Assembly: GCA_963675785.1 (NCBI GenBank)
Contig: OY776562.1
Span: 2,336,001 to 2,400,000 of the forward strand
Reading direction: 5' to 3'
Source of the DNA: Anaerolineae bacterium
GTDB lineage: Bacteria > Chloroflexota > Anaerolineae > UBA1429
DNA: 64,000 nt
The notes under the pieces were generated by a model. The model had not been told where the DNA came from and ran no database searches. It saw nothing but the letters and a program-made list of their open reading frames with translations. Shown here piece by piece: positions 1 through 8,228 of this stretch. Position numbers and translations under genes: made by a program. Position 1 is the stretch's first letter, and every line of letters starts with the position of its first letter.

Positions 1-175
1 CATCGCTATCCGGGGCAAAGCGCGTGTAGCCGATACTCCACATCTCGGGCATCAGGGCGATATCCGCACCCTGCTGTTTAGCCTCACGGCAAGCAGCATC
101 AGCAATCTCCAAGTTAGCTTTGACATCGATGCCCACTGCTATCATTTGCAGCATAGCGATACGAATAATTGCCAC
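1..175 (-). CDS. Carbon-nitrogen hydrolase (nitrilase superfamily), N-terminal part, runs off the window
   Basis: Manual translation from GTG at 175 after GAGGAGG RBS: MAIIRIAMLQMIAVGIDVKANLEIADAACREAKQQGADIALMPEMWSIGY; GADIxxxPE-W-xGY is the nitrilase catalytic Glu motif. Confidence 0.8.
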   Translation of the reverse strand, partial: MAIIRIAMLQMIAVGIDVKANLEIADAACREAKQQGADIALMPEMWSIGYTRFAPDSD

Positions 176-230
176 CAGGGCCTCCTCTTACGACATGAGC
201 AACAAAGCTCTTACCACGCCATATCATAAC

Positions 231-262
231 AAAAAAAGGGCAGAGGTGTTATCCTCTGCCCT
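231..262 (-). terminator. Intrinsic terminator of the 276-764 gene
   Basis: Stem AGGGCAGAGG/CCTCTGCCCT next to an A7 tract (U-tract on minus strand). Confidence 0.75.
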
Positions 263-275
263 CTAGGATACGGAT

Positions 276-764
276 CTAGTAGGTGATGCCACCACCACGA
301 GTCACACAGAATTCCATAGCCCAGTTGTTGGAGAATTCCACGCCATTACCCCAGGCTGTCTCTGTCTTGCCAGTCGCAGCATTTACCACAACAGCATGGG
401 CTGCAAAACAGACGGTATCACCGCTGACATCGGGGATATCCACGATATATTCTGCCGAGTCAACAGCCGGCTTGTAAACGCTCTTATACGGGAATTTTCC
501 CGGCGCGGCCTTGGCAGGCGCACCTTCACCCACCCACAGGTGGGTCTCGCTGATCAACCAACCCGAGTCGCTGGTGTCATAGACGACCTTGAACTGAGTA
601 CCAGCCTCATTTACATAGACCGTGACCGTGCCAACGTCGATATGCTGTCCAGCGATCAGCGTAGTCTGCTCAATCTGGTGCCATTCCACTTCGTCTGCCG
701 AAACACCCAAAAGTCCTGGAAGTGCCAGAGCAACCAAAATCGCGATAACAACCCGTAGTTTCAT
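276..764 (-). CDS. Secreted protein of unknown function
   Basis: Signal peptide MKLRVVIAILVALALPGLLGVSA; beta-rich domain with AGQHIDVG, ETHLWVG, PGKFPY, AAHAVV, ETAWG motifs. Confidence 0.7.
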   Translation of the reverse strand: MKLRVVIAILVALALPGLLGVSADEVEWHQIEQTTLIAGQHIDVGTVTVYVNEAGTQFKVVYDTSDSGWLISETHLWVGEGAPAKAAPGKFPYKSVYKPAVDSAEYIVDIPDVSGDTVCFAAHAVVVNAATGKTETAWGNGVEFSNNWAMEFCVTRGGGITY

Positions 765-887
765 CGCGCTTTCCCCCTCATATCTATAGCTAAGAATAGC
801 CTCAGCTTCATACTCTTATTATTATAGCAAAGCGACGATCATCATTCAGTCAAATCTAATTACAATAAGGTTACAAAAAACTTGCAA

Positions 888-1367
888 TTAGCCAGAGGAG
901 AGGCCAATACGGTACCGTCGCGTCTCCCGGCGTCCACGCTTAAGCAGCTCAGGATCCTGGTTGAAGGAAATCGTATCGACGAGCTCAGCACCAGCCAATT
1001 CGCAACTCCGGCAAGAAGCTGAATTTCTCGGATCACAAGTGAGCCAAAGCTCGCCAAGGCCGTGTGCCAAAGCCAATGGCTTGAGCAGCAAGCAACTTCG
1101 CGCTGCATAATGATGACCCCGATAGGCTTCGTAAACTTCATAACCTAGGTTGCCGCCGAACAAGTTCAATTGAGCAGTGAGCTGAATGCGAAACGTGATC
1201 CAGCCCATCGTTTCACCTGTCTCCGTAGAACGCATCTCAAAATGATAGGCAGGGACCCAGCCTTTTGAGGGCGCCCCCGGCTCGCAAGCAACCAATATCA
1301 ACTCAAGATCATCATCCACCATGGGGCCAGGGTCGATGAATGGAGGAGTAATCTTTACTTGAGTCAA
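888..1367 (-). CDS. GNAT family N-acetyltransferase
   Basis: GNLGYEV..YRGHHYA and LTCDPRNSASCRSCELAG motifs; AGGAGG RBS before TTG. Confidence 0.8.
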   Translation of the reverse strand: MTQVKITPPFIDPGPMVDDDLELILVACEPGAPSKGWVPAYHFEMRSTETGETMGWITFRIQLTAQLNLFGGNLGYEVYEAYRGHHYAARSCLLLKPLALAHGLGELWLTCDPRNSASCRSCELAGAELVDTISFNQDPELLKRGRRETRRYRIGLSSG

Positions 1368-1394
1368 GACGAGACCTCCTTTAGGCCGAAATTG

Positions 1395-1667
1395 CTAGTC
1401 AACAGCTTTGGCAGCATTTTGCCGTGAATACTTGAAATAGAGCATTAAATCTGTAGCCACCATCACCAAGTTTAGGATATAGAGTGCTGTCACCCAATCC
1501 GGATTGTATAACAATTTATTGATAATGCCGCTGGCATAGCCCACACAGATCGCAATCATAAAAAACGGACTCTTACCCTCCACCCGTTTCGCCTTGAGTG
1601 TTTTGGCGATTGAAAGGGGCCAACTCAGGCCAAAACAAAGTAGCATAATAACTTCAAACACACTCAT
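1395..1667 (-). CDS. Small PQ-loop/SemiSWEET-like membrane protein
   Basis: MSVFEVIMLLCFGLSWPLSIAK...GKSPFF, three hydrophobic helices; ATG at 1667 chosen over the longer track start. Confidence 0.65.
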   Translation of the reverse strand: MSVFEVIMLLCFGLSWPLSIAKTLKAKRVEGKSPFFMIAICVGYASGIINKLLYNPDWVTALYILNLVMVATDLMLYFKYSRQNAAKAVD

Positions 1668-1686
1668 CGCAGATCCCCTATATCTA

Positions 1687-1863
1687 TCAAGAAGGCCAAT
1701 TGGCAACAATTCCTTCATAAAAATTGCGGACGCCCTCGCCAAGAGATGTGACTGACAGAATGATGGCGATAGCGATCAGCGAAATAATAAGCAAATACTC
1801 GACCAAAGCGGCGCCTTGCTGCGATTCTCCGGGGAAAAGCAACAATTTTAGGTTGCCAAGCAT
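1687..1863 (-). CDS. flp: Flp/Fap type IVb pilin
   Basis: 58 aa; QQG/AALVEYLLIISLIAIAII has the G cleavage site and E+5/Y+6 Flp motif; AGGAGG RBS before ATG 1863. Confidence 0.85.
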   Translation of the reverse strand: MLGNLKLLLFPGESQQGAALVEYLLIISLIAIAIILSVTSLGEGVRNFYEGIVANWPS

Positions 1864-2111
1864 ACAGGACCTCCTGTGTGTATTGAAATTCACGCGGCCA
1901 GCACCGATCAAGGTTATTATAACGTGGTTATGTTCGGCAAACAATGCCTGAGCGCCTCAAATGCTTGCCTCAGCATAATGGGCAGCGTACAATCCAAGTG
2001 AAATTCACCCCTGTCTCCGCAAGGGTACGGGCTGATTACCGACCATCACGTACGCACAACTCTGGCTTTGACTCAAACAGCCTTGTGCACATCAGTAGTA
2101 AAGGAGAGAAA

Positions 2112-2480
2112 ATGGCGAACACACCCATAGTATTTTGGGAATTGGCTTCACATGACGCCGACAAGTCCGCCCAATTCTTAAAGGACGTCTTTGATTGGGA
2201 CATCAGCTACGACGCCGATGCAAATTTTTACGACGTTCCCGCTTTTGACAAGCCCGTTCCTGGCGGCATTTTCACGTTACGGCGAGCGCGCCTGCCCTTT
2301 CTGACGATCTATATCCGCGTAGACGACATCGATGCCATGGTCACTCGGGTAGAGGAGCACGGAGGCTATATCGTCGATCCGCCCATCGTGATAGACAGCG
2401 GCAGCAAAATCTGCCTGTTCTCCGAGCCTTCGGGGGTTATCCTAGCCATGTATGAACCGGCCAAGGCCAAAGAAGAGTAG
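2112..2480 (+). CDS. VOC/glyoxalase family protein
   Basis: IVFWELASHD...VFDW...YIRVDDID...GGYIV..P...EPSG; AAGGAG RBS before ATG 2112. Confidence 0.8.
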   Translation: MANTPIVFWELASHDADKSAQFLKDVFDWDISYDADANFYDVPAFDKPVPGGIFTLRRARLPFLTIYIRVDDIDAMVTRVEEHGGYIVDPPIVIDSGSKICLFSEPSGVILAMYEPAKAKEE

Positions 2481-2507
2481 GCAGTCGATTATCGTTTGAG
2501 GAGACAC

Positions 2508-3494
2508 ATGAACAAGGTAAAATGGGGTATTTTGAGCACCGCAAACATTGGCGTACGCCAGGTCATTCCAGCCATGCAGCAGGGTAAGTATTGCGAGATC
2601 GTCGCCATTGCCTCTCGCAATCTGCCCAAAGCCCGGCAAGTAGCCACAGAATTGGGTATTCCACGAGCGATTGGTTCTTACGAAGAGCTGTTAGCTGATC
2701 CCGAGATTGAGGCTGTATACATTCCTTTGCCCAATCATATGCACGTCGAATGGGCCATCAAAGCGTTAGAAGCGGGCAAACACGTGCTCTGCGAAAAGCC
2801 CATTGCCCTTAGCAGCGCGCAAGCGCAAACCCTGGCCGACGCCGCAGCGGCCCATCCCGAACTCAAGGTGATGGAAGCCTTTATGTACAGGCACCATCCC
2901 CAATGGCAGGCTGCCAGGCGCATTGTCAACGAGGGGGGTATCGGCGAACTGGTCGCCGTCAATTGCCTGTTTAGCTACTACAATGTAGACCCCAACAACA
3001 TCCGCAACCAGGCACAAGCCGGCGGCGGTGCCCTGATGGACATTGGCTGTTATTGTATCTCTCAATCACGGTTCATCTTTGGTACTGAGCCCAAGCGTAT
3101 CGTAGGCTCGGTCGAGTTCGATCCAGAGTTTGGCACCGACAAGCTAGCCTCTGCTCTACTTGAATTCGAGCAAGGCAAAGCAACCTTTACCTGTTGCACA
3201 CAGATGTCGCCTTATCAGCGCGTGAACATCATGGGCACAACTGGCCGCGTCGAAATCGAGATTCCTTTCAATGCGCCCATCGATCGGCCCTGCAGAATTT
3301 GGCATCAGACCCAAGCCGGCATTCAAGAGATAGCTTTCGAAACCTGCAACCAATACACCATCCAGGGAGACCTGTTCTCACTGGCAATCCTCAACGATAC
3401 AGATGTGCCCACACCGTTGACGGATGCAGTGGCCAACATGAAAGCCATTGAAGCCGTCTTTCGCAGTGCCGAGACGAGCGGTTGGGTGGAATAA
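2508..3494 (+). CDS. Gfo/Idh/MocA family oxidoreductase
   Basis: WGILSTANIG, YIPLPNHMH, GKHVLCEKP, GGGALMDIGCY motifs. Confidence 0.9.
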   Translation: MNKVKWGILSTANIGVRQVIPAMQQGKYCEIVAIASRNLPKARQVATELGIPRAIGSYEELLADPEIEAVYIPLPNHMHVEWAIKALEAGKHVLCEKPIALSSAQAQTLADAAAAHPELKVMEAFMYRHHPQWQAARRIVNEGGIGELVAVNCLFSYYNVDPNNIRNQAQAGGGALMDIGCYCISQSRFIFGTEPKRIVGSVEFDPEFGTDKLASALLEFEQGKATFTCCTQMSPYQRVNIMGTTGRVEIEIPFNAPIDRPCRIWHQTQAGIQEIAFETCNQYTIQGDLFSLAILNDTDVPTPLTDAVANMKAIEAVFRSAETSGWVE

Positions 3495-3510
3495 AACTGC
3501 TCTCTAAAAG

Positions 3511-3545
3511 AAAAAAGCCCATCGCTTTCAGCGATGGGCTTTTTG
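3511..3545. terminator. Bidirectional intrinsic terminator
   Basis: AAAAAAGCCCATCGC-TTTCA-GCGATGGGCTTTTT between convergent genes. Confidence 0.85.
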
Positions 3546-3546
3546 T

Positions 3547-5208
3547 TTACTCTCTGGCGAGTTCCACTTTGATGGCCTGGCCGCGAATCTTCCAGCCTTT
3601 CATGCGCCGGATGACATGGTCTACTTGGTCCTGGGCAACATCAACCGAAGTATCCAAATCGTGGATCTTGATGGCGCCAATGGCCTTACCCTCGATACCC
3701 GCCGTGCCTGTAATCGCACCCACAATCTCACCCGGGCGTATGCCGCTTTCGCGGCCAACGTTTAGTGAAAGGCGAACCATACCCGGCTCATTGCGTGTTC
3801 TGGTCTGTGTTGGGCGTCGGCGCGGAGCGGAACGCTGCGGACTACGCCGCTCAGAGCGATCTCGTCGATCTCGCTCAAGCGTATTCGTACGCATTCGTGC
3901 AATATCCTCGACAGGTCTCTTGATTTCGCCAGCACGTGCCAACTGAATGGCCGCAGCCGCCAAATCGAGGGGATCATAACCCCCTGCTACGAGGTTCTCA
4001 GCCAGAGTACGCTCATCAGCAAAATCGTCCAGAGCCAACTGCTCGGCAAGTTTATCGATAAAACGCTCATCCCGGCGCTTTTGCACATCCGCAATGGACG
4101 GCAGTGAAACTTCGGGGATGGTCTGGTGCATATACTTTTCGATGCGCCCGAGACGCCAGCCCTCTTTGGGCGTCACCAGTGTCAAGGCCACGCCTTGTTT
4201 GCCCGCACGTCCTGTGCGGCCAATACGGTGCACATAGTATTCAATATCCACAGGGATATCGAAATTGATAACGTGAGACATATCGTCGATATCCAAACCA
4301 CGTGCAGCCACGTCCGTCGAAATCAGTAGTTGTGTTTGCCCCTGGCGGAAATGTCGCAGCACAGACTCACGAGCCTGCTGCCCAAGTTCGCCATGTAGCG
4401 CTTCAGCCGTAAATCCGCGGGCTGTCAGTGCATCAGCCAACTGATCGGCGCCAACACGCGTCTTGGTAAAAACCAGGGCACTGGTGACATCCTCAGCTTC
4501 CAAAAGGCGAGTGATGGCCGCCAGCTTGTCACGCTCGGGCACCACGTAATAGCGCTGCTCAATGTTCTCTACCGTCACCTGGCCCGGATCAACGGTGATT
4601 GTCTCGGGTTCGTGCATATAGTTATCGGCCAGAGCGCGAATCTCTTTGGGCATAGTGGCCGAAAAAAGCGCCGTCTGCCGTGTATCAGGGGTCTCGCTCA
4701 AAATAGCCTCAATATCTTCGATGAACCCCATGCTGAGCATCTCGTCAGCCTCGTCCAGCACGAGAAAACGCACGCCAGCAAAGCTGAGCACGCCCTTTTT
4801 CAAGAGATCCAAAATACGGCCGGGTGTACCGACGACAATTTCGACGCCTTCTCGCAGACGCCTGATTTGATGCGAGTAGGACTTGCCGCCGTAAATCGGC
4901 AGCACGCGTGCACCTGTATAGCGCCCCAGGTCATGAATCGCCGCAGCAATCTGCATGGCCAATTCTCGGGTCGGGGTCATCACCAAACCCTGTACCTGAC
5001 CCTCTTCGGGATCCAGATTTTGCAGCATGGGCAGCGCAAAAGCGGCAGTCTTACCGGTGCCCGTTTGGGCCTGTCCCACCATGTCATGCCCCGCCAACAA
5101 AACGGGGATGCTCTTTTCCTGAATGGCGGTGGGGCTTTCAAAACCGAGCTCATCCACAGCCTTTGCCAACTCGGGGCCCAGCCCCAAAACCTCGAACGTA
5201 ACTGTCAC
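3547..5208 (-). CDS. deaD: DEAD-box RNA helicase (DeaD/CshA type) with C-terminal DbpA RNA-binding domain
   Basis: Q motif, AQTGTGKT, PTRELA, DEAD, SAT, HRIGRTGRAG; likely GTG start at 5208 after AGGGAG. Confidence 0.9.
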   Translation of the reverse strand: MTVTFEVLGLGPELAKAVDELGFESPTAIQEKSIPVLLAGHDMVGQAQTGTGKTAAFALPMLQNLDPEEGQVQGLVMTPTRELAMQIAAAIHDLGRYTGARVLPIYGGKSYSHQIRRLREGVEIVVGTPGRILDLLKKGVLSFAGVRFLVLDEADEMLSMGFIEDIEAILSETPDTRQTALFSATMPKEIRALADNYMHEPETITVDPGQVTVENIEQRYYVVPERDKLAAITRLLEAEDVTSALVFTKTRVGADQLADALTARGFTAEALHGELGQQARESVLRHFRQGQTQLLISTDVAARGLDIDDMSHVINFDIPVDIEYYVHRIGRTGRAGKQGVALTLVTPKEGWRLGRIEKYMHQTIPEVSLPSIADVQKRRDERFIDKLAEQLALDDFADERTLAENLVAGGYDPLDLAAAAIQLARAGEIKRPVEDIARMRTNTLERDRRDRSERRSPQRSAPRRRPTQTRTRNEPGMVRLSLNVGRESGIRPGEIVGAITGTAGIEGKAIGAIKIHDLDTSVDVAQDQVDHVIRRMKGWKIRGQAIKVELARE

Positions 5209-5300
5209 TTGGTACTCCCTTGCAGAGAAAAAGGACCCGCCATACAGGCAAGGTCCTTTGCATTTCCTATAGCCTCTAAGTTTCATAACACCAACGAGTA

Positions 5301-5329
5301 TCATATCACGGATTGCCGCCGATGCCAAT
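5301..5329 (-). promoter_or_regulatory. Putative sigma70 promoter of the helicase
   Basis: Minus strand TTGGCA-N17-TATGAT with TG extension. Confidence 0.5.
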
Positions 5330-5526
5330 ATCCTGTATGAAGGTGCACACACATTCATGCGTGCGCCTCGACACTATCCTGGCACAAAATTCTCTCCATG
5401 ACCTCACAAATACTTGACCAACTCAACTAATACAGATCATTACACTCCTTGGGCAGTTGAGCCATCCCTGCTAGAATATCAAAAGATCAATGGCGATCAC
5501 GAACTCATTGAAACGCGAGGCGCCAT

Positions 5527-7356
5527 ATGGTGAAACACCCTTTTTTATCAAGATTATCAAGAGGTCCCCTACTGGCGGATGGAGCCCTGGGCACCGAACT
5601 CTACCGGCGAGGCGTCATACCCGACCAGGTATGCATCGCCAATATCGATCAGAGCGAGCTGGTGCAAGAGCTGCACATGGCCTACCTGCAGGCCGGGGCT
5701 GAACTCATCGAGACCAACAGTTTTGGGGCCAACCGCATTCAGCTGGCTCGCTGTGGACGCGACAACCAGGTGGCGCGAATCAACCGTCAGGCGGCCAAGC
5801 TAGCCCGGTATGCCCGCGATACTGCCGGCAGTCAGGCATTTATCGCCGGCTCCATTAGTCCTCTAACTATTAGCAGCCGCACCACCACCCGTTACGCTGT
5901 TGAACAAGGACGAGCTTTATTCAGCGAGCAAATCGAGGCCTTGATTGAGGGCGGCGTCGATCTGCTATTGTTCGAGACCTTTCCCGACGTCGAGGAATTG
6001 GCCTTTGCCGTGAAAACCGCTCGCGAACTCTGCCAGTTGCCCATCATCGCCTCTGCAACCTTTGGGCAGGATGGCCGAACTCCCTGGGGTCAAACCCCGC
6101 AAGAGGTAGTCAAAGCATTGCAAGCTGCTCAAGCTGATGTCATTGGCTTGAACTGCAGCGTAGGGCCCAGCGATGCCCTAGATATCGCCAAACAAATGCT
6201 CTCGGCGGGCGTTGAGTACCTCAGTATGATCCCCAATGCGGGCATGCCCCAAAGAACCAGCGACGGACGCCTGCTATATGCAGCCACACCGGCATACTTT
6301 GCCGAGATCGCCGTCAAGGCCGCTGCTGCTGGCGTCTCGGTGATTGGCGGCTGTTGTGGCACCACACCAGAACACATTGCCGCCATGCGCCAGGCACTGG
6401 ATGCAGCTCACCCCGAGAAAAAGCCTGCGGCGGTCACGGTGGTACTGCCGCCCCGGCAAAAGGCCGGACAGGATACAGAACCCACAGCCTGGGCCAAAAA
6501 GCTCGCTGCGGGGCAATTTGTCACTTCTATCGAGCTCTCGCCGCCGCGAGGCCTGCACACTGGCGCCTTTATGCGCCAGGCCCGCCAAATCGCCGAGGCC
6601 GGCTGTGTGGACGCCATCAATGTCACCGATAGCCCCATGGCTCGGGTGCGCATGGACGTGGCCGCCGCCTGCTATATGCTGCAAACGCAGGTGCAAATCG
6701 AAACTATCGCCCATGTGACCACCCGCGACCACAGCCTCATTGGCCTGGAATCCATGCTCATTGGCGCCCACGCCATGGGCGTGCGCAACATCCTGGCACT
6801 CACTGGCGATCCTCCTTCGCTGGGAACCTGGGATCACAGCAGCGCCGTCTATGACATCGATTCGATCGGTTTGGTAGAGGCCATACAGGCCATGAAGCGC
6901 GGACAGGACATTGTAGGCACCGACCTGGGTTATGGAGCCGGCTTTTGCGTGGGTGCCGCCGCGGATCCCACACGCGATGATTTGCGCACCGAGGCCGAGC
7001 GCCTGCACCGCAAGATCGAGGCGGGGGCTGAATACGTCATGACCCAACCCCTGTTCGATCTGGCGCTGTGGGATCGTTTTTGCACGTATTACGGTGGTGA
7101 GGTGGAGGTGCCGGTGATTCTGGGGGTGCTGCCCCTGCTGAGCCAGCAGCATGCCGAGTACCTGCACAATGAAGTACCCGGCATTACCCTGAGCAAAGCT
7201 GTACTCGAAGAGATGCGCCACGCTGGCGCCAATGGACAGCAAGTGGGCATTCGCCTGGCGAAAGAGATGGTGGCCGCCGCCCACGAGCGCTTTGCTGGCG
7301 TGTACCTCATGCCCTCATACAACCGCTGCGAGACCGTATTGCAGGTGCTGGAATAG
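5527..7356 (+). CDS. Bifunctional homocysteine S-methyltransferase / 5,10-methylene-THF reductase (YitJ-like)
   Basis: LADGALGT, ETNSFGAN, GLNCSVGP, GGCCGTTPEHI; C-terminal MTHFR with NVTDSP, LALTGDP, TQPLFD, LHNEVPG. Confidence 0.9.
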   Translation: MVKHPFLSRLSRGPLLADGALGTELYRRGVIPDQVCIANIDQSELVQELHMAYLQAGAELIETNSFGANRIQLARCGRDNQVARINRQAAKLARYARDTAGSQAFIAGSISPLTISSRTTTRYAVEQGRALFSEQIEALIEGGVDLLLFETFPDVEELAFAVKTARELCQLPIIASATFGQDGRTPWGQTPQEVVKALQAAQADVIGLNCSVGPSDALDIAKQMLSAGVEYLSMIPNAGMPQRTSDGRLLYAATPAYFAEIAVKAAAAGVSVIGGCCGTTPEHIAAMRQALDAAHPEKKPAAVTVVLPPRQKAGQDTEPTAWAKKLAAGQFVTSIELSPPRGLHTGAFMRQARQIAEAGCVDAINVTDSPMARVRMDVAAACYMLQTQVQIETIAHVTTRDHSLIGLESMLIGAHAMGVRNILALTGDPPSLGTWDHSSAVYDIDSIGLVEAIQAMKRGQDIVGTDLGYGAGFCVGAAADPTRDDLRTEAERLHRKIEAGAEYVMTQPLFDLALWDRFCTYYGGEVEVPVILGVLPLLSQQHAEYLHNEVPGITLSKAVLEEMRHAGANGQQVGIRLAKEMVAAAHERFAGVYLMPSYNRCETVLQVLE

Positions 7357-7379
7357 CCAGCCCCAAGCCGGAGGTTCTT

Positions 7380-8228
7380 ATGCTGACGAAACTCTCATCC
7401 AAGAACAAGACCGTCAAGATTGCGCCAGAACGGCCGGTGGTGCTCATTGGCGAAGGCATCAACCCCACAGGCCGGCCCCGGCTGGCCCGTGCCCTGGCCA
7501 AAGGCGACATGGCCTATGTGCAAAAGCTGGCTCTGGAGCAGGCTGAGGCGGGCGCCGACGTGCTGGACGTGAATGTGGGCAGTGGAGGTGTAGACGAAGT
7601 GGTCGCGCTGCCCGCCGCCGTGCGGGCCATTGGTGAGGTGTGCGACCTGCCGCTGTGCCTGGATTCGCGGAACCCGGCTGCGCTGGCCGCCGCCCTAGCC
7701 ATCTACGAGGGTACGGCCCTGCTCAACTCCATAAACGGCGAGGCGGCAGTGATGGAGCGCCTGCTGCCAATAGCCGCTGAATACGGATGCGTCATTATTG
7801 CGCTTTGCACCGACGATGAGGGTATACCCAGTACGGCCAGTGGACGCCTGCTCGTGGCCGAAAAAATCATTAACCAGGCAGAATCGGCAGGAATTGCCCG
7901 GGAGAACATCTTGGTGGACTGCCTGGCGGAGAGCGCAGGTGCCACACCGGCGGCGGGCGCGATCTGTCTGGAGGCGGTGCGGCTGGTGCGTAGCGAGTTG
8001 GGCTGTAATATGACCTTGGGCGCCAGCAATATCTCGTTTGGGATGCCCAACAGAGAGACGATTAATGCGCGGTTCCTGGCGATGGCAATTGCCGCAGGGG
8101 TTAACGCCCCCATCGTGAACGCGGCACAGGCTAAAGAGACGGCGATGATCGCGGATCTGCTGATGGGCAATGATGAGTTGGGTATCAAGTACATCCGAGC
8201 TGAACGTAAGAAACGGAGAATGTCCTAA
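7380..8228 (+). CDS. Stand-alone pterin-binding methyltransferase domain (methyl-THF:corrinoid MT, AcsE/MetH-folate type)
   Basis: LIGEGINPTG, GADVLDVNVG, LCLDS, LNSING, LGASNISFGMPNR, FLAMAIAAG. Confidence 0.85.
   Translation: MLTKLSSKNKTVKIAPERPVVLIGEGINPTGRPRLARALAKGDMAYVQKLALEQAEAGADVLDVNVGSGGVDEVVALPAAVRAIGEVCDLPLCLDSRNPAALAAALAIYEGTALLNSINGEAAVMERLLPIAAEYGCVIIALCTDDEGIPSTASGRLLVAEKIINQAESAGIARENILVDCLAESAGATPAAGAICLEAVRLVRSELGCNMTLGASNISFGMPNRETINARFLAMAIAAGVNAPIVNAAQAKETAMIADLLMGNDELGIKYIRAERKKRRMS

Noticed and set aside
5240-5339. CATACAGG/CCTGTATG pairing as an antiterminator for the helicase leader
   Set aside because: The distal copy lies upstream of the predicted promoter and would not be transcribed
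5545-5600. TTATCAAGAG resembling the 5' end of a SAM-I riboswitch
   Set aside because: It lies inside the coding start (LSRLSRGPLLADG) and the rest of the S-box consensus is absent
6274-7284. Long antisense ORFs (also 19779-20807, 48287-49252, 62530-63405)
   Set aside because: Opposite-strand shadows of well-supported genes in GC-rich sequence
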